The notes beneath the pieces were generated by a model, which saw nothing but the letters and a program-made list of their open reading frames with translations, did no database searches and was not told the origin of the DNA. A program made the position numbers and the translations under genes. From a virus (taxonomy: Duplodnaviria > Caudoviricetes): a stretch of 30,911 bases of DNA. The stretch lies in the IMG/VR virus record IMGVR_UViG_3300037424_001954, positions 1-30,911 of that record, one strand, 5' to 3'. Shown here piece by piece: positions 1-7,975 of the stretch (the stretch's first letter is position 1; each line of letters begins with the position of its first letter).

Positions 1-126
1 CCCCTGATGGAGATTATGCAAGGACACATCCCGGACGAGGAGAGCCCGGACGGTGATTGCTGGGAGACATGGGAAGAACTCAGCGAGGCGGCAGCCGATG
101 AAGTTTACGGTGCCATAGCGCCATAA
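1..126 (+). CDS. 3' end of an acidic hypothetical protein (probable cassette ORF, partial)
   Basis: Frame 1 is open (PLMEIMQGHIPDEESPDGDCWETWEELSEAAADEVYGAIAP*); its TAA at 124-126 lies within the attC core CCATAAC. Confidence 0.65.
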   Translation, partial: PLMEIMQGHIPDEESPDGDCWETWEELSEAAADEVYGAIAP

Positions 127-205
127 CACGCCGATAAGCGGCGGAGAGAACTGCCCCGACAGGGGCCGGACGGTGAAACCGTCCGCTTGATTGGGCTGGT
201 TAGCC
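121..205 (-). other. attC site (85 bp)
   Basis: Minus strand reads GGCTAAC-CAGCCCAATCAAGCGG...CCGCTTATCGGCGT-GTTATGG: RYYYAAC...GTT cores around an imperfect inverted repeat. Confidence 0.85.
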
Positions 206-252
206 CTAAACAGCCACTATTCCGCGCCATTACAAACGAGGAGAAACCTATC

Positions 253-594
253 ATGACCGGAGCTGAGATCATCGCCGCGGAGCGACAACGGCAAATCGAG
301 GAAGAGGGGTGGTCGCCTGAACACGATGACGAGCACGGGCGCGGACAACTTGCCCGTGCTGCTGAAAACTATGTCCGGTTTGCGGCAGAACCCGATGTCG
401 CACGGGATTACCAGAGAAAAAACGGGCATACCCCTGGTGGGTGGCCGTGGCACTGGAGCTGGTGGAAGCCGAGCCAAGGGAGTACCTCGGCCGACCGTAT
501 CCGGGACCTGGCAAAGGCTGGTGCGCTGGTCGCCGCAGAAATTGACCGGCTGCAACGGGGAGAAGAGCGCGGCTTTTTAGTGGCACAGGGCTAA
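253..594 (+). CDS. Phage accessory protein (cassette ORF), 'AAERQRQIEEEGWSPEHDD...WPW..WWKP...L.KAGAL..AEIDRL' family
   Basis: ATG 253 follows GAGGAG; the motif is a recurrent phage hypothetical domain; the stop TAA is supplied by the attC core. Confidence 0.8.
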   Translation: MTGAEIIAAERQRQIEEEGWSPEHDDEHGRGQLARAAENYVRFAAEPDVARDYQRKNGHTPGGWPWHWSWWKPSQGSTSADRIRDLAKAGALVAAEIDRLQRGEERGFLVAQG

Positions 595-647
595 CGCTTG
601 AGGTCAAGGGCTCGCGTAGCGAGTCCGCTTGCAGCGATTTGTTAAGC
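589..647 (-). other. attC site (59 bp, classic 59-base element)
   Basis: Minus strand: GCTTAAC AAATCGCTGCAAGCGGACTCGCTACGCGAGCCCTTGACCTCAAGC GTTAGCC; resembles aadA-type attC ending TCAAGCGTTAG. Confidence 0.9.
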
Positions 648-664
648 CACCGATGGAGGAACTG

Positions 665-1054
665 ATGGAACAAAACCCTTGTGACGCCTGCCGGAATGCG
701 GATTGTGCAAAGCTGATCAACCCCTGTACTGATCGATTGTGGTTTGCTCACACACAACTTCGATGGATACCGGTTTCAGAAATGCTGCCAGTGAGCGGCC
801 GAAAGGTCATCTCTTTTTATCGAAACGATAACGGCAAGCCCCGCCGGATAATGGCGTATCACGCTGACCCGTTTTCCATCGAAAGCGACGATGATGACCA
901 GCATGAAGCGTTCGAGTACAGCGAAGAAAATGATCAATATTATTTGCGCGAAGGATGGTACGAAAACAACGAGTTCGATGATGTCAACTGGTGTGTTTCC
1001 GGCTGCATTACGCACTGGATGGAGTTGCCACCGCCGCCCGTTGAGGTGGCTTAA
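665..1054 (+). CDS. DUF551-like phage protein (cassette ORF)
   Basis: RWIPVSEMLP...ITHWMELPPPP motif; GGAGGA RBS before ATG 665; stop TAA lies in the attC core. Confidence 0.8.
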   Translation: MEQNPCDACRNADCAKLINPCTDRLWFAHTQLRWIPVSEMLPVSGRKVISFYRNDNGKPRRIMAYHADPFSIESDDDDQHEAFEYSEENDQYYLREGWYENNEFDDVNWCVSGCITHWMELPPPPVEVA

Positions 1055-1106
1055 CGCTTGAGATCAGCCGCCCGTCTTTTGGGTCGGCTGGAGCGATTGG
1101 TTCACT
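1049..1106 (-). other. attC site (58 bp)
   Basis: Minus strand: AGTGAAC CAATCGCTCCAGCCGACCCAAAAGACGGGCGGCTGATCTCAAGC GTTAAGC. Confidence 0.88.
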
Positions 1107-1152
1107 GGCACCGGACCCCGCTTTTTCCCGCTGATACAAACTGGAGGATGTA

Positions 1153-1752
1153 GTGAGAATATTGGTAGGCTGCGAGGAAAATGGCAAGACGCGGGACGCA
1201 TTTGCTGCTCTTGGGCATGACGCATGGAGTTGTGATCTTCTGCCGTCGCGCAGGCTAGGTAATCACCTGCAAATGGACATCTTCCGGGCACTAATAAAAC
1301 ACGGGCCGTGGGACGTGGTTATCCTGCACCCTGATTGTACAAAGCTGACCGTTGCTGGAAATCGCTGGTACGGCGAGGGGACGGCGGGCTACCCGTACCG
1401 CATTGCGGCGATGGAATGGACGGCGATGCTGTGGAACGTAGCGAAGATGATCGCCCGCGTAGGCGTGGCTCTGGAAAACCCGGTGGGCGTACTCGGCAAG
1501 ACACCGATGGGGAAGCCGAGCCAGTACATACACCCGTGGCAATTCGGCCACGGCGAGACGAAGAAAACCTGCCTCTGGCTGCACAACCTGCCGCCACTGG
1601 CGGCGACGAAGATCGTTGAAGGCCGGGAACAGCGGATTTGGAAAATGCCGCCAAGCGAGGACCGCAAGCGGTTGCGAAGCGAGACTTACGACGGGTGGTC
1701 CGAAGCGATGGCCGCGCAATGGGGCAGATACGCCGAGCAGGTAGCGGCTTGA
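1153..1752 (+). CDS. Phage DNA cytosine (C5) methyltransferase-like protein (cassette ORF nearest attI)
   Basis: MRILVGCEE..., AWSCDLLP, HPDCT (PC-like catalytic motif) and ENPVG motifs typical of short phage C5-MTase-like proteins; GGAGGA RBS with GTG start. Confidence 0.72.
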   Translation: MRILVGCEENGKTRDAFAALGHDAWSCDLLPSRRLGNHLQMDIFRALIKHGPWDVVILHPDCTKLTVAGNRWYGEGTAGYPYRIAAMEWTAMLWNVAKMIARVGVALENPVGVLGKTPMGKPSQYIHPWQFGHGETKKTCLWLHNLPPLAATKIVEGREQRIWKMPPSEDRKRLRSETYDGWSEAMAAQWGRYAEQVAA

Positions 1753-1784
1753 TGCCCTTGCGGGGCCTTTAAGCGGGCGGTGCC

Positions 1785-1821
1785 AGTGAACAATGATTCT
1801 ACCGCTTAAATGCGGCCTATC
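1785..1821 (-). other. attI candidate 1
   Basis: Minus-strand core GTTCACT (1785-1791) complements the AGTGAAC of the first attC. There is no attC hairpin on the intI side; instead a 30-bp block is repeated exactly at 8494-8523. Position just 5' of intI is canonical for attI. Confidence 0.75.
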
Positions 1822-1863
1822 TCTCACCCCTGAATAGCCATAACTCCAAGAAAGGAGCGGATC

Positions 1864-2865
1864 ATGAACACGGCACCGTCCGGGCAACCCCCGCATTCGA
1901 CTGAGCAGCACAAACCGAAGGTGCTGGACCTGATCCGCAACCACTGCCGGGTGAAGCATCTGAGCGACAAGACCGCGGCCACCTATTGCGGGTGGGTGCG
2001 GCGCTTCAGTCTGTTTCACCACAAGCGGCCGCTCTCGGCCATGGGGACGCCGGAGATCGAGGAGTTCCTCACCCACCTGGCCACGGGGCACAACGTGGCG
2101 GCCTCGACGCAGAATCAGGCCTTCAACGCCCTGCTCTTCCTCTACACCCACGTCATCCCCAAGGATCTGGGCAAGATCGACGCCATCCGCGCCAAGAAGC
2201 CGAAGCGGCTGCCGGCGGTCTTCACCCGGGCCGAGGTGGCGGCGGTGCTGGGGAATCTCTTCGGCACCGAGAAGCTGATGGGGCTGCTGCTCTACGGCTG
2301 TGGCCTGCGGCTGAACGAGTGCTTGGCGCTGCGGGTGAAAGACATCGATTTCGACCGGCAGACAGTGACGGTGATGGAGGGCAAGGGGAACAAGGACCGG
2401 GTGGTGATGCTGCCGCAGTCGGCCGCCGAGCTGCTGCGGGCGCACCTGGCGCGGGTGGCCGAGCTGCACCGGCAGGACGCTGCCAACCATATCGGCGTCT
2501 CGCTGCCGGGCGCCCTGGAGAAGAAATATCCCTCGGCGCCGTTTGCCTGGCCGTGGTACTGGGTTTTCCCGGCTCGCAAGGTCTGCACGGACCCGCGCTG
2601 GGCGCTGGAGCGGCCGAAGCGGCACCACATCCACGAGACGGTGCTGCAGAAGGCGATGAAGGCGGCGATCGGCAAGGCGCAGGTGGCCAAGCACGCCGGC
2701 TGCCACACGCTGCGGCACAGCTTCGCGACGCATCTGCTCGAGGACGGCTACGACATCCGCACGGTGCAGGAGCTGTTGGGGCATGCCGACGTGCGCACTA
2801 CGATGATTTACACCCACGTGATGGGCAAGGGCTGCAGCGTGAAGAGTCCGGCGGATCGGCTCTGA
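1864..2865 (+). CDS. intI: Integron integrase (tyrosine recombinase)
   Basis: STQNQAFNALLFLY, GLRLNE, GKGNKDR, integron-specific insertion (ALEKKYP...WPWYWVFPA...RHHIHE), HTLRHSFATH, VQELLGH, TTMIYTHV; catalytic R-K-H-R-H-Y intact; AAGGAG RBS. Confidence 0.95.
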   Translation: MNTAPSGQPPHSTEQHKPKVLDLIRNHCRVKHLSDKTAATYCGWVRRFSLFHHKRPLSAMGTPEIEEFLTHLATGHNVAASTQNQAFNALLFLYTHVIPKDLGKIDAIRAKKPKRLPAVFTRAEVAAVLGNLFGTEKLMGLLLYGCGLRLNECLALRVKDIDFDRQTVTVMEGKGNKDRVVMLPQSAAELLRAHLARVAELHRQDAANHIGVSLPGALEKKYPSAPFAWPWYWVFPARKVCTDPRWALERPKRHHIHETVLQKAMKAAIGKAQVAKHAGCHTLRHSFATHLLEDGYDIRTVQELLGHADVRTTMIYTHVMGKGCSVKSPADRL

Positions 2866-2902
2866 GTATTTCTTTCGATTCAATGACCAAGGCGGGATTG
2901 TA

Positions 2903-5900
2903 ATGACCGACGACTTCCAGCGCGTCAAAAGCGCCCTCTCCATCCACAACGTGATCACCGGCCAGACGGCCCTGGCGATCAACGCCGCCGGCCACCTGGA
3001 ACACTGCCCCTTCTGCTCACACAAGGACTGCTTTTCCATCCCGAAGGGGAAGGAGTTCTTCAAGTGCCACAGCTGCGATCGCGGCGGCGACGTCTTCACC
3101 TTTTTGCAAGAGCTGCACAGCCTGGACCAGGCGGGCGCCCTGAAAATGGCGGCGGAGCTGGCGAACATCGCCCTGGACGAGCGCAAGGAGAAGCGCGGGC
3201 CGCGCCTGACGGTGGTGGACAAGATACGCCTTGCGGCCGCCGAGTACTATCACGGCCACATGCTGGAGAACGGCGGCAAGGCGTATTTTCTGGAGAAGCG
3301 CGGGCACAGCCTGGAGACGGCGCAGAAGGAGAAGCTGGGCTGGAGCGACGGCCACCTGCTGGACCACCTGCGCACCCAGGGCTTTGAGCAGAAAGACATT
3401 CTGGAGAGCGGCCTGGTGCGGGAGAAGGAGATCGAGGGCGGCACGCGCCTGCTCGACTTTTTCGGCAAAGGCCTGGCGATCTTCCCCCACTACGCCGGCG
3501 GCCGGGTGCTGCATTTTACCCAGAAGGACGCCCGGGAGGTGCCGAAGGAGGAGAAGCTCAAGTACCAGCTGCCCAACGATAAGCGGGACAAGCGCTGGTC
3601 GTTCTACGGGCAGGACGCCCTGGAGCGCTTCGAGGAGATCATCCTCGTCGAGGGGGAGAATGACCGGCTGCAGGTGCTGAACGCCGGCCCCTTCGGCGTG
3701 ATGGGGATGATCGGCCAGATCAGCGACGATCAGCTCAAGGCGCTCTCCTCCCGCGGCCGGGGCAAGCATCTTTATCTGTGGATGGACAACGACGAGGCGG
3801 GCGTCAAGTACATCCGCAAAATCTGCCGCTCGCTGCCGGCGGAGATGGTGGTCAAGGTGATCGCCTACGGCAAGCCGGGGGACGATCCGGATTCATATCT
3901 CAAGGCCTTCGAGGGGGACCGCAAGCGCGAGGTGCGCCGGCTGCAGCTGGAGTCGGTGGATTACATCAGCTGGGAGATCGCCCAGGGGGCCAATCTGCCC
4001 AACCTCGAGGAGAAGCTGCGCCACCTGCAGGCGCCGGGCAAGGACGAGAAGGGCAACGTCTTCCGGCTGATCGGCCGGCAGCCGGCGATTCAGCAGGACA
4101 TTTTTAAGGAGAAGCTGCTGGCCCTGGGCTTTAGCGAGAAGGCGGTGGAACAGCAGTTGGATTTCAGCGCCGATCTCTACAAGCAGATCAGCGACCACCT
4201 GGGGATGCTGGACAACCCGAAGGACGCCGACCCGATCGTGCTGGGCGAAATCTGCTTCAAGTTCTTCGCCCACCACGGCCGCTTCTATTTCGACCGGGAA
4301 AACCGGGTCTGGCTGATTTATCAGAATCGCACCTACGAGGTGGGCAACGATGTGGCCTTCAACTCGCTGATGTTGAAGATGACCCGGATGATCTACAGCA
4401 AGGCGCCGGGGGCGCAGGTCTGGGACGCGCTGAAGCATACGGCGTACCTGAACGGCCGGCAGATCAACCTCTGCCAGTGGATCCACACGGACGTGGTGAA
4501 GGATACCATCTACCTAAACCTGAACAGCTCGGGCAACATCATCCTGAAGGTCTCGAAGGACCGGGTGGAGGAAATCCAGAACGGGATGAACGACGATCAC
4601 GTGCTGCTTTCCTCGAGCCACAAGATCCATCCCATGACCTGGCTGCCGGACGTGGACGTCCAGGAGGGAATGCTGGCGCTGAAGACGCTGATCTTCGACA
4701 ACCTGACGGTGAAGAAGGAGCAGAAGTATTTGATTCTGGCCTGGCTGATCTCGGGCTTTTGTCCGGACATGGCGCCGTACCAGTTCCTGATGAAGTTCGC
4801 CGGCTATGCCTCCAGCGGTAAATCGACGGCCTCGAAGCTGATCACGGCCCTGGTGTACGGCAGCGAGCAACTCAGCGACCCGTCGGGGGCGGCGGCGTTT
4901 TCCTCGGCGGCGAAGAACCCGATCCTGGTCATCGACAACCTGGAGAACAAAGACCTGACCCGCGGCATGCAGAAGTTCCTGCTGCTGGCGGCGACGCGCG
5001 GCCAGAAAGAGAAGCGGGCGGCGGGGACGGATACCGACACGGTGGACGAGAGCCCGCGGGCGCTGATCAACGTGACGGCGATCGAGCCGTTCACGCTTTC
5101 GGAGCTGATCAGCCGGACCTTCGAGATCACCTTCGATCGGCGAGTCTTTGGCTCGGACGACTTCCACGAGTCGGAGGTGCTCGAGCAAATCAAGAAAAAG
5201 CGGGACCTGATCCTCTCGGCGCTGGTGCGCTTCATCCAGCGGGAGATTCTGCCCCACCTGGACCAGCGCAAGGAGTACATGACCATCCTGAACAAGTCCT
5301 TCAAGGGGCATGCGAAGGACCGCACCAACGCCTACCTGGCGCTACTGATGCTGATTCTCTCGAGGATGCTGAAGTACATCCCGCATTATGGCCCGGAGGA
5401 TCTGCTCTACGGCCTGGAGACGGGGGAGCCGGACATCTACCGAGCCTGGATCGAGGAGCAGAACTCGGCGGCGAAGGAGACGGAGATCGGCAGCAATAAC
5501 ATCCTGCAGCTGCTGGGCGGCCTGATGCGCGAGTATCTGCAGTGGTTCAAGGGGAAGAGCCTGACGGCAGGCCCGGTGACCGGGTATGACGAGCCGATGT
5601 TCGTCCTGGAGCATCCGGAGTATGGCCTGACGGTGCTGAAGAGCGCGCCGGGGATCTACTGCTCGGTCTGCTCGCAGCAGGCCGAGGCCTGCGCCTGTGG
5701 CGGTGAGCGCTACACGCGGTCGACCATGGAGTTCGAGGCGACCAGCGCGGAGATCGTCGACGCCTTCGACCGCTACGCTAAGCTGACGGGCAAGCGCAAT
5801 CCCTATGATAGTGCGGCGGTGTTCGGGGCCCGGCTGCGTAATGACCTGGGGCTGCTCAAGAAGGACGGCTGGGAGGTGATCACCAAGGAGGGGATCGAGC

Positions 5901-5962
5901 CGTACTACCGGCGCGTGCAGGGCAAGCGCTTTCTCAAGTTCCGTTACACGGTGATCCGGTAG
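2903..5962 (+). CDS. Phage primase-helicase (CHC2-type Zn finger + Toprim + P-loop NTPase)
   Basis: CPFC...CHSC Zn finger, VEGEND and MDNDEAG Toprim motifs, Walker A GYASSGKST, Walker B ILVIDN. Confidence 0.88.
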   Translation: MTDDFQRVKSALSIHNVITGQTALAINAAGHLEHCPFCSHKDCFSIPKGKEFFKCHSCDRGGDVFTFLQELHSLDQAGALKMAAELANIALDERKEKRGPRLTVVDKIRLAAAEYYHGHMLENGGKAYFLEKRGHSLETAQKEKLGWSDGHLLDHLRTQGFEQKDILESGLVREKEIEGGTRLLDFFGKGLAIFPHYAGGRVLHFTQKDAREVPKEEKLKYQLPNDKRDKRWSFYGQDALERFEEIILVEGENDRLQVLNAGPFGVMGMIGQISDDQLKALSSRGRGKHLYLWMDNDEAGVKYIRKICRSLPAEMVVKVIAYGKPGDDPDSYLKAFEGDRKREVRRLQLESVDYISWEIAQGANLPNLEEKLRHLQAPGKDEKGNVFRLIGRQPAIQQDIFKEKLLALGFSEKAVEQQLDFSADLYKQISDHLGMLDNPKDADPIVLGEICFKFFAHHGRFYFDRENRVWLIYQNRTYEVGNDVAFNSLMLKMTRMIYSKAPGAQVWDALKHTAYLNGRQINLCQWIHTDVVKDTIYLNLNSSGNIILKVSKDRVEEIQNGMNDDHVLLSSSHKIHPMTWLPDVDVQEGMLALKTLIFDNLTVKKEQKYLILAWLISGFCPDMAPYQFLMKFAGYASSGKSTASKLITALVYGSEQLSDPSGAAAFSSAAKNPILVIDNLENKDLTRGMQKFLLLAATRGQKEKRAAGTDTDTVDESPRALINVTAIEPFTLSELISRTFEITFDRRVFGSDDFHESEVLEQIKKKRDLILSALVRFIQREILPHLDQRKEYMTILNKSFKGHAKDRTNAYLALLMLILSRMLKYIPHYGPEDLLYGLETGEPDIYRAWIEEQNSAAKETEIGSNNILQLLGGLMREYLQWFKGKSLTAGPVTGYDEPMFVLEHPEYGLTVLKSAPGIYCSVCSQQAEACACGGERYTRSTMEFEATSAEIVDAFDRYAKLTGKRNPYDSAAVFGARLRNDLGLLKKDGWEVITKEGIEPYYRRVQGKRFLKFRYTVIR

Positions 5963-6275
5963 CAAGTCTCCAAACCGGTTGCAAGTGGTTGCAAGTCTCC
6001 CCTGGAAGGGGAGCATCTGAGGCGAAATTAGAGCCTCAGGCCCTTTTAATAAGCTCTGCCGCGCGCAGGGGGCGCATTTTTCAGAACTTGCAACCTTGCT
6101 ACTAAATTAAGTTAAATAGTTGATTTTATTATAGTTATGTTGGTTGCAAGTCCGGTTGCAAGTTGGTTGCAAGTTGGTTGCAAGTTGGTTGCAAGTCTCG
6201 GCGGGTTTTGGAACTTGCAACCAAGCGCAAAGCCAGCAACCATGCGGGTTTGAGGGGTAAAGTAGCAAGGTTGCA
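5958..6275. repeat. Iteron cluster, probable phage replication origin
   Basis: GGTTGCAAGT at 5977, 5987, 6142, 6154, 6165, 6176, 6187; inverted copies at 6086 and 6213; variant GGTAGCAAGT at 5958; AT-rich core ~6101-6141; 15-bp inverted repeat 6089-6103/6261-6275. Confidence 0.8.
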
Positions 6276-6284
6276 GCTTGAAAA

Positions 6285-6608
6285 ATGGGGGTCATCTTGG
6301 TGGAAAAGCTAAATATGCAGTATGAGGCACTGTGCAGGGTTCTTGATCAGATGTCGGGTGGTGCGCCCGTGTTGAAGGTCGATTTATTCTTTATTCACGC
6401 ACATTTACAGGAATCATGTCAGGTTGAGATGGGGGCCGTTTTAAGAAATAAGGATAGAATCAGGAGGTTTCTTTCCGTGGTGGAGGTGCACCAGGCTGCC
6501 GGTGAACTCCTCGGCCCATGGCGGGTGTCTTCGGAGATGGTGATATTTAACCGGATGCGCGCACCGAGATCCGTCCTTTATACCTTTTCTCGGGAAGGTG
6601 GTTCGTGA
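6285..6608 (+). CDS. Hypothetical protein
   Basis: 107-aa ORF co-oriented with its neighbours in AT-richer DNA; start uncertain; no recognised motif. Confidence 0.45.
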   Translation: MGVILVEKLNMQYEALCRVLDQMSGGAPVLKVDLFFIHAHLQESCQVEMGAVLRNKDRIRRFLSVVEVHQAAGELLGPWRVSSEMVIFNRMRAPRSVLYTFSREGGS

Positions 6609-6997
6609 AAAGAGAGTTGTCGGTAGTTCTTTCAAGGGGTAAGTCAGGTCATTCCAGCCCTTGTCCTGTCTGCGTTTGATTCGACCCTGTGCTGGCTGTC
6701 GTCGGGTGTTTAAAAACAATGTAAAGAAATCCGACTGGAATTGACGGAATGGTGAGTTACACGTTCTTGCAAAAGGTATAACTGATGGTCGGATGGTGGG
6801 CAGGAATTCAGATAGTTGCGGAAGGTGGTCAACGTGAAAGGTATAACTGGAATGGAAAAGGGCGGGATCTGGGCCAGGCCGACCCACCCCCCCCGTCAAA
6901 GATTCAGGCAAAAATCCGGATCGCTGCCCCCGGTGCCCGTCTATGATCGCTGCCCTTGTCTAAAACCCTTTTCGAAAAGCGGGGGGGGCGGGGGGAG

Positions 6998-7975
6998 ATG
7001 AGTCTCGACAGCCTGTTTTTCGATTGGATGGAGTTCCTGCAGATTCAGAAAGGGCACCGGCCCCGCGGCGTGCTCCAGTATGAGCGAGTGATCCGCTCCT
7101 TCTTTCACTGGCTGGAGGGGCAAGGGAAAGAGATCAACCCGGGCCGGGTAACGCGGGAGGTGATCGGCGAGTGGCTGCGGGATCTCTTCTACGAGCAGGG
7201 CAACATCTCCAACCGCTCCCGGGCCTCGAAACTCTCGGCTCTGCGCTCCTTCTTCGGTTATCTGAAATATGTCGGCTTGATCGCCGCCGACCCGACCAAG
7301 GGCATCCCGTCGCCGAAGATCCAGCCGTCGCTGCCGCAAAAATTCAGCACCGAGGAGCTGCGCATGCTTTTCTCCGCGCCGGCGCGGGACACCACCCAGG
7401 GACTTCGCGACCTGGCCATCCTCAAGACGCTCTACGCTTCGGGCCTGCGCGTCAGCGAGCTGGTGAGCCTCGATTGTGCGCACCTGGTCGACACCGGCGG
7501 GTACATCCGCCTGCAGGTGATGGACGGCAACGCCAAGGGCGGCAAGGGCCGCACCCTGACCCTGCGTACCAATCCATCAAAGACGCTGCGGGAATGGCTG
7601 TTGCTGCGCCGGGAGATGGGCGTCGCCGACGATGCCCTGTTCGTTGCCCTGCGGGCGGGCAGGGGCCGGCGGCTCTCCGAGAGGTCAATCCTCAACGTGA
7701 TCAAAAAATATGCCGCCACGGTCGGAATCGACAGAGCCGATGCCTTCTGCCACAAAATGCGCTCCACCTTCGCCACCGATCTTTACGACAGCGGCCACGA
7801 TAAATGCAGCCGCTGCGGACACCCGGTGCAGTACGTCGGCCTGATCGAGTTGGCTGTGCTGATGGGGCACGAGGATGTCAAAACCACCATGGGTTACGTC
7901 GCTATTTCCGAGAGGACGCTCCGGAGGACGGCGATTCCCGATAAGCGTTTTAATGAAATCGAACAGGAGGATTGA
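6998..7975 (+). CDS. XerC/D-like tyrosine recombinase
   Basis: SAM-like N-terminal domain (SRASKLSALRSFFGYL), GLRVSEL, KGGKGR, HKMRSTFAT, LMGH, TTMGY; ATG 6998 follows a G-rich RBS. Confidence 0.88.
   Translation: MSLDSLFFDWMEFLQIQKGHRPRGVLQYERVIRSFFHWLEGQGKEINPGRVTREVIGEWLRDLFYEQGNISNRSRASKLSALRSFFGYLKYVGLIAADPTKGIPSPKIQPSLPQKFSTEELRMLFSAPARDTTQGLRDLAILKTLYASGLRVSELVSLDCAHLVDTGGYIRLQVMDGNAKGGKGRTLTLRTNPSKTLREWLLLRREMGVADDALFVALRAGRGRRLSERSILNVIKKYAATVGIDRADAFCHKMRSTFATDLYDSGHDKCSRCGHPVQYVGLIELAVLMGHEDVKTTMGYVAISERTLRRTAIPDKRFNEIEQED

Larger units (their letters stand above)
1..2865. mobile_element. Integron inside the prophage: intI + attI candidate + at least 3 complete cassettes (array probably continues left of the window)
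   Basis: Integron-type integrase plus three attC hairpins separating single ORFs; each cassette's two core sites are complementary. Confidence 0.88.

Noticed and set aside
187-252. ORF-track starts at 187, 629, 6956, 8601, 18275 and 29551
   Set aside because: They run through attC sites or upstream genes; downstream ATGs (253, 665, 6998, 8634, 18344, 29644) mostly have better RBS or coupling.
121-1106. Intergenic hairpins as Rho-independent terminators
   Set aside because: They lack U-tracts after the stems, have AAC/GTT cores, and their cores pair cassette-wise.
121-1106. Reading the attC sites in + strand polarity (ordinary ORF-then-attC cassettes)
   Set aside because: Similarity to known attC sequences and the position of the attI-like 30-mer both fit minus-strand polarity; the last ORF is followed by the attI-like block, not a hairpin.
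1864-2865. IntI as the ordinary prophage integrase
   Set aside because: It has the integron-specific insertion, is flanked by attI/attC sites and does not lie at a visible prophage end.
5958-6275. GGTTGCAAGT repeats as a CRISPR array
   Set aside because: The units are 10 bp, adjacent or inverted, with no unique spacers and no cas genes; they fit iterons.
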